Source: an uncultured virus (IMG/VR IMGVR_UViG_3300044858_002734) (taxonomy: Duplodnaviria > Heunggongvirae > Uroviricota > Caudoviricetes). Taken from it: a stretch of 64,000 bases of DNA. The notes beneath the pieces were generated by a model, which was given only the letters and a program-made list of their open reading frames with translations, did not search any database and was not told where the DNA came from. The DNA lies in IMG/VR virus record IMGVR_UViG_3300044858_002734; one strand, given 5' to 3'. The position numbers and the translations under genes are program-made. Of the stretch, positions 20,218 through 30,743 are shown piece by piece (positions within the stretch are counted from its first letter, which is position 1; each line of letters starts with the position of its first letter).

Positions 20218-21384
20218 ATGGGTATTCTATTATGTAGGGAAGTAACTAGTTTAGGTGATTCTTTTGGGTTTGACACACAACTCGTTAAGAAGGTAAACTA
20301 TCGTGCTACACAGGCTACTCGCAAGTTTATTGTTGAGGTTGAGGCAGATAGTTACGCAGATACAGAAACGGTTTTAGCTGCTCTCCCACAAAAAGGTACG
20401 GTACATCCTACTATTTTAGATTGTATTGTAGATAATGTAGTATGTACTGTTACTAGTGACGTACATATATACGAAGCTACTGTAAACTATAAATGGGCAA
20501 TGGCGGAATCCGATGATATAGATAGAGACCTATCCCTGCCTTGGAAACAGCCAGCAGCATTATCCTTTTCCTCAGATACGTCCATGACTCGCGCTATGGA
20601 CATGGCGTATGGTTATTTAGGATGGCAATATTTAAACGTACTTACCCCTACTGTTATACAAGACCTAGGGCTTAGTGGGACTGGTATGGCGACTGGCGCA
20701 TTAGGTACAGGTACAGAAGCAAATGTGCCTTTAGTAATAAAACCACTAAATGAGCAACCTATGAACCTGCCGGAAGAGCCTGTAGGGGGGATTGCTATTA
20801 CTTTAACTGCTAGTATTAAGGGGGAGGATGAGGTACACCCAGAAAAGCATGTATTTACGCAGGTAAAGGATTTAGTAGCCCTCTCCTATAGTATGTATGC
20901 TGTAAAGGAGGCTCCTACCGTGTTTGATATAAATGGGTATGAGATTAAACGCTATAATGGCTATATCAGCAGTGTAAATATTGAAGACCTTTGGTACTAT
21001 AGTAAGGTAAATAACAGAAACTATGCTTACTATAAGATTACAATAACAATTTTAGATAACCCTGAAACATGGATACGTTCAGTACTCAACCTAAGTTATA
21101 ATTACCTAGATGCCGCGCCACCTGCAGCAGGTAAACTAACTAAGATAAGGGTAAAGGATGGAAAGTCAACAACGGAAGAGTTGATAGAAAAACCCATATT
21201 TATAGATTGTGAAACTGGTGCTCCACTTGCAGTTAATACTACAACTGGCTTACCACAAGAAGCAATGAATCGTGAGGCGGCAGTACTTTATCTAACTAAA
21301 CGTATAAATGATTGGGCGGCGTTGAAAACATTTATAGATGAATTGATTTGGACAGCCCCTCCTGTAGGTTCCGCAATAGTATAG
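20218..21384 (+). CDS. Baseplate/tail tip protein
   Basis: Follows TMP; LP.KGT.HP pattern. Confidence 0.55.
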   Translation: MGILLCREVTSLGDSFGFDTQLVKKVNYRATQATRKFIVEVEADSYADTETVLAALPQKGTVHPTILDCIVDNVVCTVTSDVHIYEATVNYKWAMAESDDIDRDLSLPWKQPAALSFSSDTSMTRAMDMAYGYLGWQYLNVLTPTVIQDLGLSGTGMATGALGTGTEANVPLVIKPLNEQPMNLPEEPVGGIAITLTASIKGEDEVHPEKHVFTQVKDLVALSYSMYAVKEAPTVFDINGYEIKRYNGYISSVNIEDLWYYSKVNNRNYAYYKITITILDNPETWIRSVLNLSYNYLDAAPPAAGKLTKIRVKDGKSTTEELIEKPIFIDCETGAPLAVNTTTGLPQEAMNREAAVLYLTKRINDWAALKTFIDELIWTAPPVGSAIV

Positions 21385-21391
21385 GCATATA

Positions 21392-22186
21392 ATGATACTA
21401 AAACGAACGCAGTATACCCAGTTACAAGCCGATATTAAAGCGGCTAGTATCCATCGTGTAGCTACTAGTACTGAATCGCGCAGTACTGCTGCTCCTTATG
21501 TCTATATTGCTAAGGTAACGCTATCTACTTCAAGTTCCGCAACGTCATACGACCAGATATATGTATACCAAGCTGATATTCTATGGACACAGTTCGGTAA
21601 AACGGATTTAGATGTATGGACTACCAATAGTACGATTAAGGCTGGACAAACGGATTTACTGCTATCTAACTATGATTTAGCTGTACATGGTTCAGATGTG
21701 GTATATGTACCTTGTGTGCAACGCGGTATCTACTTTGAGAACATAACAACCGCACCTGCATCATTACTTTGGAATCCGGTAATCACCCAGTATGTAGCAC
21801 CTGTAACTGCAGACCCAAATGCAATACCACCAGTTGTCGGTGTAACTGAAGTACAACCTAGTGTTACTTTTAAAAACTGTATATATCTTAGGTCACCTAT
21901 ATACAAACTGCTTACTGATCCTGTGTTTTCACTGACATCTATTACTGCATCAGGTACATATTACTGTGGTGTTAAAATCAGTGTTATAGACGGTTCTATA
22001 GACAGTACGTTACTGCTATCTGAAACATTAAGTGACGTAGTATATACTACCATAGAGGCTGCAAATGCAGACGCAGATTATATGCGGTTGTTGGTATGCA
22101 AACTCAAGTATGACGCAGACAAGGCGAAGTGGGCACTAGTACTGAAATATGTAAATTCTGTACCAGAAATGGGGATGTACGCATGA
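21392..22186 (+). CDS. Tail protein
   Basis: Synteny; beta-rich. Confidence 0.5.
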   Translation: MILKRTQYTQLQADIKAASIHRVATSTESRSTAAPYVYIAKVTLSTSSSATSYDQIYVYQADILWTQFGKTDLDVWTTNSTIKAGQTDLLLSNYDLAVHGSDVVYVPCVQRGIYFENITTAPASLLWNPVITQYVAPVTADPNAIPPVVGVTEVQPSVTFKNCIYLRSPIYKLLTDPVFSLTSITASGTYYCGVKISVIDGSIDSTLLLSETLSDVVYTTIEAANADADYMRLLVCKLKYDADKAKWALVLKYVNSVPEMGMYA

Positions 22187-24156
22187 CGATCAGGCAGTAC
22201 GCATTAGGTGTAGTTGTATCTGCAGGTGTGACAATCACAGGTGTCCTGTGGTATCAGAACCGTATGCCCTATATAGCTGGTGAGGATATTACTGCTTGTG
22301 TTGCTGCTGCTGTAGAGCGTAAATGGGTCACTGACTGGATTACACCTGCATATACTACAACAGTATTTAGGAAAGCATCAGATTTAGTGTTGGCCGCAGA
22401 CTTAATGCGTAAAGCTATTACCAATGCCAATGTGATATACCTAGACCCTAGAACATGGGATGAGGTAAGTGGTCTTGACATGGCTGTTAGTCATACATGG
22501 AGTGGGTCACCTTACAATACTAACACAGTAGGTACTGCCTTTTTAGAAGCCCCTGTATCTACCTTTATGAAGGGTATTGCTTTATCAGATATGGTTATTC
22601 CGTATACGTATGTGACTAATACTATTGTTACGACAAATCAACCATCAGTAACATATACAAACTTATATATTGTTTCACAGACTAATACTGTAACGCCAAA
22701 TTGGAATGACACTGGTCGCCCCACGGGGACGGTATTCAGATGGGGAAAAGACGAATACGGTGTTGAACAGTATACTGATGATGCTGTGGGTTGGACGCCT
22801 ATTGTTCTTGATCAATGGGATTGGGGATGGTGGAGTACCTTGTATGTGGATACACCCTCTTATTGGGGAACCGCAGATGGATCATTAGTTGGTACTTATC
22901 ATAGGCTAGATGCTGCTGACCCCGGTGAGGTAGTTATTGCTTACCACAATACGGTTACAAATACGCCACTCATTACTACCACTAACTATATTGTAACCAG
23001 ATACGGAGGCACAAACCTTTTACTATACGCACATGGGCAACCTAGTGACATGACACCTGATGTCCCAAGGATTAAACCATTACTGGGTAATACTAACAGT
23101 TGGTGGGAACATAACGGCTTTAGTACACCATATAACATGAATCAGGTAGAAACAAACAGCAGACCACTTTACTTCATAACTACCAATGGACTAAACCAAC
23201 TGCGTAAGTTAGCTACTAATATGGTTCGGACTGTTCAGTTTGACTTCCCTTGTTCAAACAGAGCGGTGACCGCGCAAATTATTGGTTCAGGTATGTGGGA
23301 TGCAATTTACATTGATTACAGTTCAACGTTCGACGATTTTGATGCGTTATGGGTTAATGCAGAGGCAGCAATCAATAGTGGGGTAGGTCTTTCCATCATC
23401 ACGAATACACTAACCACATTGAAAGGTACAACGACTGGGTATGCAGCAAACATGCACATTCGACGAACGGACGAGTTTGGGGTAACGTTTACAAATTACC
23501 AACATCTTGCTGGCCTATCGTTCTCCAATAGGCGGTTTGAGTTTACGGTGCCCTCAATTCCAATAGAGGCATACACAAATGGGTTTATCAGTCGCCAGAG
23601 AGTGTATGTTCAATATGAAGTGACTGGTGAAATGGGCCTTCCATCAAAAGATGCAATGCTCAGGATGGACGGTGGTTGGTGGAACATCCCGGTGACTTAC
23701 TCAAATTTGAAAACAAAAACAGACGAGAACGTAGAAGACCGGTTCGGGTGGGATTATACCTTTGGGGGTACATCTTCCTTTGACGTTCCAGCAAATGAAA
23801 ATGATCCTAACGCAACCTATAATGTGTACTCGCTTGCCACGAATCGGGTGTGGGTGTTGGTTGCTGATGTGGTGTCCCCTACAACTCCGCCCTCATTTAC
23901 TCTCGGGCCCAGCAACTTAGTTTCTGCATCCTATACCTACCCACAACCCAAATATGGGCTTTCCAGTATTGGAGGTTTTTTTACCTACGACGATCACGGT
24001 GTTAGGTTCAAGGGATACGCGGCATCAATCGCACATTCCGCATTAGTAATAGACTGGGATTTTAAAATCTTTGGTGATACAGATTACGTACCAGAAGCAT
24101 ATAAACCAGCATGGACTACAAATAATATCCCCCCTTGGGTAACAAACAGCCCTTGA
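22183..24156 (+). CDS. Tail-module protein with N-terminal signal/anchor, Thr-Asn rich
   Basis: ATGA overlap start; MTIRQYALGVVVSAGVTITGVLWY; 19 TN dipeptides counted. Confidence 0.7.
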   Translation: MTIRQYALGVVVSAGVTITGVLWYQNRMPYIAGEDITACVAAAVERKWVTDWITPAYTTTVFRKASDLVLAADLMRKAITNANVIYLDPRTWDEVSGLDMAVSHTWSGSPYNTNTVGTAFLEAPVSTFMKGIALSDMVIPYTYVTNTIVTTNQPSVTYTNLYIVSQTNTVTPNWNDTGRPTGTVFRWGKDEYGVEQYTDDAVGWTPIVLDQWDWGWWSTLYVDTPSYWGTADGSLVGTYHRLDAADPGEVVIAYHNTVTNTPLITTTNYIVTRYGGTNLLLYAHGQPSDMTPDVPRIKPLLGNTNSWWEHNGFSTPYNMNQVETNSRPLYFITTNGLNQLRKLATNMVRTVQFDFPCSNRAVTAQIIGSGMWDAIYIDYSSTFDDFDALWVNAEAAINSGVGLSIITNTLTTLKGTTTGYAANMHIRRTDEFGVTFTNYQHLAGLSFSNRRFEFTVPSIPIEAYTNGFISRQRVYVQYEVTGEMGLPSKDAMLRMDGGWWNIPVTYSNLKTKTDENVEDRFGWDYTFGGTSSFDVPANENDPNATYNVYSLATNRVWVLVADVVSPTTPPSFTLGPSNLVSASYTYPQPKYGLSSIGGFFTYDDHGVRFKGYAASIAHSALVIDWDFKIFGDTDYVPEAYKPAWTTNNIPPWVTNSP

Positions 24157-24181
24157 CTATTCCCTACCAATAGTATACTAT
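24153..24181 (+). promoter_or_regulatory. sigma70-type promoter
   Basis: TTGACT-17-TACTAT. Confidence 0.6.
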
Positions 24182-24199
24182 ATTTAACAAGGAGCAATT

Positions 24200-24793
24200 A
24201 TGGATGGGCGACTAATTCTTTCCTACTATGACATTGACAGGAACAGGTGGTGTGAATCTGACGGTTCACCCATCCTTGAACGGCATTTCCCGTATTTCAA
24301 CTTGTATGAAACCCCTGTACTAGTCATAAACCTTATTAATAGTGATGCAGACCCAGTAACCATATTGCCTAATTCCACATTCCAGTTTGTTGTAACTGAT
24401 ATGGATTATGACCCTATTGTAGTGCCTATGGCTGGCGGGGTCAATAATGAAGCAGATTATGATGAGGTAGACCCTGATAACGGCATATTCAGCTTTAGAC
24501 TAAATTTTGCAACAGAAGAAGCAGAGGATTTACTGGATGGATATCGCAGACTACCTGTAGTCAGTAACCTGAACATTGTAGCCCCTACTACCAGTTATAA
24601 CATTAATTTAACAGGCGATTCCATACTACATAAAGTCTACAAGGATACTGCAACTGTTATTCCAATCGGCGTTCCGTCACAGTACAGGATTAATCCTAAT
24701 GACGGTGGCACAGATATTTGGGACTACGGCAACTCAACTTGGATGCGCGGCATACTTGAAAACGGTATCCTGTCTTACTATCCTGCACCATAA
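24200..24793 (+). CDS. Baseplate/fibre-anchoring protein (BppU-like)
   Basis: Acidic beta protein directly before the large fibre; AAGGAG RBS. Confidence 0.45.
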   Translation: MDGRLILSYYDIDRNRWCESDGSPILERHFPYFNLYETPVLVINLINSDADPVTILPNSTFQFVVTDMDYDPIVVPMAGGVNNEADYDEVDPDNGIFSFRLNFATEEAEDLLDGYRRLPVVSNLNIVAPTTSYNINLTGDSILHKVYKDTATVIPIGVPSQYRINPNDGGTDIWDYGNSTWMRGILENGILSYYPAP

Positions 24794-24803
24794 AGGAACC
24801 CTT

Positions 24804-27800
24804 ATGCGATACTTATTACTTTCCCTACTGATGGCAGGCCCACTATACGCTGTACCACCTAAGCCTACTAATAGTGTGGTTTCAGAGGCAGTGTCTGTAC
24901 TGTATAATACTAACAGAGTAGCAAGTCTAGGCCCGTCTAATGCGGTCACCCTTATAAATGCTATGATAACTAATAAGACTACAGTTATCAGCAATCAGGT
25001 AACTGTACTTGAAGGCAAAACGAATAACTGGAATACTGCTTATAGTTGGGGCAATCACTTTGGACTATACAGGTTAATTGACTGGGTTCCCAGTTGGAAT
25101 GACGTTACAAATAAACCCACTACTTTTACTCCTGCCCCTCATGATTATACCTCTATCACTAATCCCCCTTGGCTGACAGGACAGACCAACCCCGTCTACG
25201 TCGCCCAGTCCGGCACGGCGCAAGTGGCACGCACCGCAGAGCACTACAGCGGGAGTTCCATCGTCATCACCAACATGATCGACTCTGGCGCAGGCCGCTA
25301 TGACGTGCTATCCATGACGGCCACCACAATCGAGATCAGCAACTACGACGCAGGCGTGGTGACAGAAAAAAGCCGCTCGACCAAAAACCTGCTAAAGTTT
25401 CAAGACGCCGCTGGTGATGGAATCGAATATGGCTCTTACGGCTTGAAATTCATTGATTGGGACGTTGGGGAAATCACTCTTGGTTTTCCATCCGAATCCG
25501 GCACGATTGAGACACAGGAGCGAGTGGCTAGTCTGCTCGATGGCAAGGTCTCTACCAACGACGCCGCCTACCTCGCCGCCTGGCAGAACCCGGCTTCCAG
25601 CACTAACTGGGCATGGTCAAGCGACGGCACGCAGATCACGCTGACAAGCTACAGCGGCCCGGCTGACGTTGTGGTTCCAGACACGCTGGACAATCTCCCG
25701 GTGAATATCCTGTCGTATACGGTTTTTCAAAACGATAACACGATCACAAGTATAGACTGCGGAAACATTACCACTGTTGGAGAGGCTGCTTTTCAGAACT
25801 GTACTTCACTAACAAACGTTTTATTTCGCAAAGCAGTAACGTTTATTGGAACAGGAGGTGCTACGTTTGACGCGTGCAGAGCCTTGCTGTGTGTCAAATT
25901 TCAAAGTGAAGTAACCTTAGTACGGTCCATGTTTTTTAACTGTAGCGCGCTGAAAGAAGTAATGTTTGGCGGTGGGGTTGCGCCAGAAGAAAAAGAGAAC
26001 TTTTATTACGTTGAAGACGACGACATCGCTCCGGTCACGAACTATGTCACCAGCAGCACCGCCACCGGATGGGGCGCGACGTGGTGCGGAAGGCCCGTCG
26101 TGCGGTTGCCATTGTACACAGACGCGCTTACGCTTGGCGGCACGAACCTGACGACGCTGCTCGCGGGCAAGCTGAACACCAACGGAACAGCGGCTAATTC
26201 GACTCTACTGGCTGGCTACACCATCGAAGATGTCATGGCAGTCGGTGCGACTTACTATTTCACAACCAATATCGTATCATACGGCGTTGTTAGCGGAAGA
26301 TCGGCATCACTGACTCCACCGCTTGTTGCACAGACGTTGACCTACGCAGGCCCTGTTACAAACGGCCAAGTATTCGGTCAATACCTAATCCCATCAAATG
26401 AAGTTCCCGCTATCATTCAGCGTGGCGTGTATACGTTCAACTTCTTCGGCGGTCACTCGTCTAAACCTGCCAAAAATCCGACTATCCGAGGCAAGCTGTC
26501 AATGATAAACTCTGGAACAGGAGTCACTGCATACGAATATGCTTCGGTAGCGAATGTGGTTATCCCTTATGGTGAAGAGCCGTTCCACATAACTGTCAAT
26601 GTGACGAATGACGTTGCTAAAGACTCGTTCGCCGTTTTACTGACCACATACATGCTGGATGATGACGGATACGACGGAGATTTCATATCCGACTTTGGAC
26701 CCCCAACATATGCAGGATTTACCTTCCCTAAAGTGAATGGATTGTATGTTCTAAAATCAGAGTTTGACGCTACATCGAGAGGAGCTACAAATTCGACGAT
26801 AAATGGCACGGCAGCGATTTTTAACCCTGCCACTCGTACGTTTTCTCATACGGTTACTGCGGCTGACGTTGGCGCGGTCACGAACGGCCAAACGAACGTC
26901 GTGCTTGGCCTCGCGTCAGGCACTACCGTCGCAACGGCAACGGCGGGAAGCGAGCCTGCCACACTCGATCAAGTGCTGTCCCTTTTGGAACCCTCAAGCA
27001 CGCTGTATCTGTCTCCGTCAAACTGCACGGTGTGCCCGCAGAACACAACGACAAACCGTACACTATCCGCAACACCATCCGCGACAGCTTGGACAATCGT
27101 CTATTCAGGCGCGGTGACGAACGGGCAATACCTTTTCTCTTTTGTCGCACCGTCAAACGAAGTGGCAACCGTTCTAGCCGGAAACCAGACGGCCAGCATA
27201 TACATGACTTATGCAGGTGGAGGCGGGTCTACGCTGTCTTGTAAAATGGAGGGCTACGTTTACGACCCGGCGACCAGCAACAGCACGGAATACGCAGAGA
27301 CAGCGACATCGTTCAGTGTTGCGAAATCTGGAACGCTTCCGACAACCCCGACGACCCCGATTGCTGTCATCCCATATTCGACAAACCTGACCGGCAATCT
27401 GCGCTATCAAATCAGGATCAAAGCGACGACGGCAAACAACGTCACATCCGTTACGATGTGGGGCGGCGGAAGCTCTATCAGCCATGTGGCATTCCCGGTT
27501 TCGGATTCGGTTACGCTTGGGGCGCGAGGGGCAACCGGGATCAAAGACTCGCTCGGAAACGCCGGAACGTATGACTCGACAGCCCGAACACTGACCATGC
27601 CAGCATTGACCCCGGCAGGCATCGCGGCGGCGGGGGGCGTGACGAACGTCATTATCTCCACGCCGATCTCCACACTGACCACCGGCGAGGTCGTTATGGT
27701 CACGCCGTCGCAATCCAAGCGCGTCTACCAGGTTAAGGCCAGCGTACCGATCACGCTGACCAATGACCTGTCTCAACTCGGCGCGAACTGCACAACGAAC

Positions 27801-28430
27801 TACGAATGGGAAACGTGGATCAATTACACCGCCACCAACGCCCTCTCGACCGTTTGGGATAGCCGCATCGCGTGGCAGCAGCAGACGCCCGATTTGACGG
27901 TTACTGGACTCTACAAGTTTGCGTTCTCGACGGCGTGCGGCACCATCATTCAGGCGCGGCAGACGTATCCGACTGTGTATTCGTGGCGCGGCGGGATGAT
28001 TGGCAATGATTCGGGTGTGAAAAAGCCGTATATTTATGGTCTTGTATCCACTGCCACACCTGCGTCCACATCGACCAATTATTACGCGATGGAAACGTCA
28101 CCCGCTGTCCCAGAAATTACAAGATTTAGTTGTTATGGCGGGGTCGCAACGAACAACATTGTAATTAGCTCGGCAATAGGGTTTTTTTACGCCGTACCAA
28201 CCGCGTCATCCACTGTGATACGGGCACCAACTACCGTGGTTGGTGCGATTGGTTCGCCGATCACGCTACAGATATATCATCCGGCGTCAACAGGCGCAAA
28301 CAATGTTGATTATATTGGCGTTACGATGCAATCGGCGTCAACGGCCGCTGCCTTGAATCTCTACAATCTCCGGAGGCGTCCCGCCAACGAGCTCGAAATC
28401 AACGCCTACAACGCAGGATGGAGACCGTAA
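24804..28430 (+). CDS. Large mosaic tail fibre/adhesin with signal peptide and BspA-type LRR module
   Basis: AAAGGA RBS; MRYLLLSLLMAGPLYA; PSWNDVTNKPTTF.PAPH fibre motif; ITTVGEAAFQNCTSLTNV LRRs; internal duplication. Confidence 0.8.
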   Translation: MRYLLLSLLMAGPLYAVPPKPTNSVVSEAVSVLYNTNRVASLGPSNAVTLINAMITNKTTVISNQVTVLEGKTNNWNTAYSWGNHFGLYRLIDWVPSWNDVTNKPTTFTPAPHDYTSITNPPWLTGQTNPVYVAQSGTAQVARTAEHYSGSSIVITNMIDSGAGRYDVLSMTATTIEISNYDAGVVTEKSRSTKNLLKFQDAAGDGIEYGSYGLKFIDWDVGEITLGFPSESGTIETQERVASLLDGKVSTNDAAYLAAWQNPASSTNWAWSSDGTQITLTSYSGPADVVVPDTLDNLPVNILSYTVFQNDNTITSIDCGNITTVGEAAFQNCTSLTNVLFRKAVTFIGTGGATFDACRALLCVKFQSEVTLVRSMFFNCSALKEVMFGGGVAPEEKENFYYVEDDDIAPVTNYVTSSTATGWGATWCGRPVVRLPLYTDALTLGGTNLTTLLAGKLNTNGTAANSTLLAGYTIEDVMAVGATYYFTTNIVSYGVVSGRSASLTPPLVAQTLTYAGPVTNGQVFGQYLIPSNEVPAIIQRGVYTFNFFGGHSSKPAKNPTIRGKLSMINSGTGVTAYEYASVANVVIPYGEEPFHITVNVTNDVAKDSFAVLLTTYMLDDDGYDGDFISDFGPPTYAGFTFPKVNGLYVLKSEFDATSRGATNSTINGTAAIFNPATRTFSHTVTAADVGAVTNGQTNVVLGLASGTTVATATAGSEPATLDQVLSLLEPSSTLYLSPSNCTVCPQNTTTNRTLSATPSATAWTIVYSGAVTNGQYLFSFVAPSNEVATVLAGNQTASIYMTYAGGGGSTLSCKMEGYVYDPATSNSTEYAETATSFSVAKSGTLPTTPTTPIAVIPYSTNLTGNLRYQIRIKATTANNVTSVTMWGGGSSISHVAFPVSDSVTLGARGATGIKDSLGNAGTYDSTARTLTMPALTPAGIAAAGGVTNVIISTPISTLTTGEVVMVTPSQSKRVYQVKASVPITLTNDLSQLGANCTTNYEWETWINYTATNALSTVWDSRIAWQQQTPDLTVTGLYKFAFSTACGTIIQARQTYPTVYSWRGGMIGNDSGVKKPYIYGLVSTATPASTSTNYYAMETSPAVPEITRFSCYGGVATNNIVISSAIGFFYAVPTASSTVIRAPTTVVGAIGSPITLQIYHPASTGANNVDYIGVTMQSASTAAALNLYNLRRRPANELEINAYNAGWRP

Positions 28431-28431
28431 A

Positions 28432-28890
28432 ATGTACTATCAGATCACAAACGGGCAGGCAGTCCCCGCCACAATCGCAAACGCCAGCAACCCGCAACTG
28501 TTCATCGCCGCGCAATCGCAGGCATGGCGTCACGAGCGCGGCATCTACGCGCAACTCATCGAGGGCGACGTTGCAGAGCCGACAGCCGCGCCAGAGCAGG
28601 ACGCGATTATAGTTCCGCGTGCCGTGCCAGCCGCGCCCGTAATGGAGCCTGTTGACGCACGGCTGACGGAACTGCAGGGCGAATACAAAACCGCCACCGC
28701 TGCCCTGTGCGGCGTGTTAGGACTCGCTACTGTGCCGGTGTTATCGCTTGACCAGATACGGCAGGGAGCGGCACAGTTGCCGAGCGGTGAGGCCATGATT
28801 CAGGTGCTTGCGATTGTGACGGAGTTGTCGAATCTTGAAATGAAACTGTGCCTGATTGACGGTGCTGACGCGCTGGAAAGGATCGTGTGA
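28432..28890 (+). CDS. Probable fibre-associated/chaperone protein
   Basis: Abuts the fibre gene; same high-GC composition. Confidence 0.5.
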   Translation: MYYQITNGQAVPATIANASNPQLFIAAQSQAWRHERGIYAQLIEGDVAEPTAAPEQDAIIVPRAVPAAPVMEPVDARLTELQGEYKTATAALCGVLGLATVPVLSLDQIRQGAAQLPSGEAMIQVLAIVTELSNLEMKLCLIDGADALERIV

Positions 28891-28891
28891 T

Positions 28892-29275
28892 ATGTCACCG
28901 AGGAAAATGCCCTCTCGCGATTTACGCCTGCTTACCATGACAACCATGATATGCAGTATAATGTTTGCAGTATCACTTGCCTGTGCGGGTGTAACTGATG
29001 AGGCATTATCAGCATCACAGCAGATTGAAAAGATGTCTATTGTAGGTGTACTGGCATTTGGCCTTATGGCATCTATGGGACTGAACATATATCTAGTAAA
29101 GGTACGGGATGGCAAGTTTACTACCTTAGTAGAGACGGCAGTACTTGCTATGCAGACATGCCATGAAAGCCGGGATAAATGGGAGCGTGAACGGGAGCAG
29201 GAACGCCTATGGCAACAGGAACGGGATATCAAGCTAGGTGTGCATGAGATAAGGCATGAGGATAGAAGGGCATGA
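28892..29275 (+). CDS. Membrane protein (holin-like)
   Basis: Two hydrophobic segments and a charged C-terminus. Confidence 0.45.
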   Translation: MSPRKMPSRDLRLLTMTTMICSIMFAVSLACAGVTDEALSASQQIEKMSIVGVLAFGLMASMGLNIYLVKVRDGKFTTLVETAVLAMQTCHESRDKWEREREQERLWQQERDIKLGVHEIRHEDRRA

Positions 29276-29325
29276 ATATGACTGGTGCCATTGGCAAGGG
29301 TTCGTATCAAAGAAAGGGAACAGGA

Positions 29326-29589
29326 ATGAAAACATTAATTATACTTAGTATGATGACACTTACAGGATGTATTGGTACTTCCGTATCAGCTAATGGGAAA
29401 GATGCAAGGGGAAACCCTTGGGAAGCTAAGGTAAGTCGTATAGCGATAGGGCAGAAAAATGATATACCTAAACTAGAAGTACCCGGTATGTTTACTATGC
29501 AAGGGTATAGTACTGATGGTGGGGCTGAAATGATGAAGCTAATGATTTCAGCAGCTATGGAACTAGGTAAGAAATCGGTTACTCCATGA
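29326..29589 (+). CDS. Lipoprotein (possible spanin component)
   Basis: MKTLIILSMMTLTGC lipobox. Confidence 0.6.
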   Translation: MKTLIILSMMTLTGCIGTSVSANGKDARGNPWEAKVSRIAIGQKNDIPKLEVPGMFTMQGYSTDGGAEMMKLMISAAMELGKKSVTP

Positions 29590-30122
29590 AATACGGTGTT
29601 GACTTTTTCGTACTAGACCCAATCACAGGCGAGAAACTGCCCCTTGTGCTATCTGCTAAGGGCAAGCGACCTGTTATCTTACAGCCTGAAACACATGCTT
29701 TTGCCTACCCTGATAATGGTAGTAGAGGGTTTTGGCTTAAGCGTGATTTTACCATTGTATGCTGCTTCCGTGGCAAGTGGTACAAGATGACTGTCAAAAA
29801 GGGGTTTGACTTTGACGGAGCCAGTATCCCGCAATGGGCATGGTCTGTTGTAGGTGATCCACTATCACTTACCATCTTAATAGCAGCCCTATTCCATGAC
29901 ATCCTGTTTTGTGTAAATGACCCTGAATGGCCGTTATCAGTCACCAACGAGTTATTCCTTGAGATACAACAGGCTATAGGAGCATGTTGGGTAAAGCGCA
30001 ATACAACTACTAAAGCGGTACAGGCTGCAGGTTGGGCAATGTGGAAGAAGGATGAGGCATACAAGGCAAAGTATCGCCCGTTTTTGGATATAGTATTAAT
30101 AGGCGCACCAGTTGGTGTATAA
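29586..30122 (+). CDS. DUF1353-like protein
   Basis: GFDFDGASIP...AALFHD motif. Confidence 0.75.
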   Translation: MKYGVDFFVLDPITGEKLPLVLSAKGKRPVILQPETHAFAYPDNGSRGFWLKRDFTIVCCFRGKWYKMTVKKGFDFDGASIPQWAWSVVGDPLSLTILIAALFHDILFCVNDPEWPLSVTNELFLEIQQAIGACWVKRNTTTKAVQAAGWAMWKKDEAYKAKYRPFLDIVLIGAPVGV

Positions 30123-30220
30123 ATTCTGTCTTTACAGAGGCAGATAAATAGTGTACAGTATGTATATCAACTAGAAGATAGTTGTTTGTTATTGGGTAAA
30201 CTCGGAAAGGGCATAAATCT

Positions 30221-30622
30221 ATGAAGAAACTTTTACTTGTCGCTGGTATGGTTCTTGTTGGTATGGTTGCACAGGCCGCAAACCTTGTTACAGGGCCAGA
30301 TGTTTATAAGACGGTGCAATGCGCTGGCGTTAGCACAATCACTGTTGACCGTGCGCAGGAAGTATGGATTCCTGTAGGTGTTGCTATTGACGTAGGTAAC
30401 GGTACAGAAACCAGCACCAATACACTTTCATTCCTTCCTACAGGCGGGACTACCCTCTTCCGTCTACAGAGCATTGTAATGGTTGGTGGGGCTGAAACTA
30501 ATACATCCCTTAGCGATTATCCTGCCTTAGTATACGGTGACAAGCTGATTCTTGCTCCTGACCGCACTACCACTACTAACACATTCAGCGTCACAATGAT
30601 CAAGCAAGTGATCCCACGGTAA
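30221..30622 (+). CDS. Exported beta-rich protein
   Basis: MKKLLLVAGMVLVGMVAQA signal peptide with A-x-A site. Confidence 0.75.
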   Translation: MKKLLLVAGMVLVGMVAQAANLVTGPDVYKTVQCAGVSTITVDRAQEVWIPVGVAIDVGNGTETSTNTLSFLPTGGTTLFRLQSIVMVGGAETNTSLSDYPALVYGDKLILAPDRTTTTNTFSVTMIKQVIPR

Positions 30623-30743
30623 GGTATGGGTAAGTCAGGTAAAGAAGGTAGAGCTAAAGATTTTCAATGGAAACGGAAAGAGAAAAGTTCTATCTTCCAA
30701 CTACCGAAGTTTAAACATAAGATAAAGAAATAGGAGAATAACT

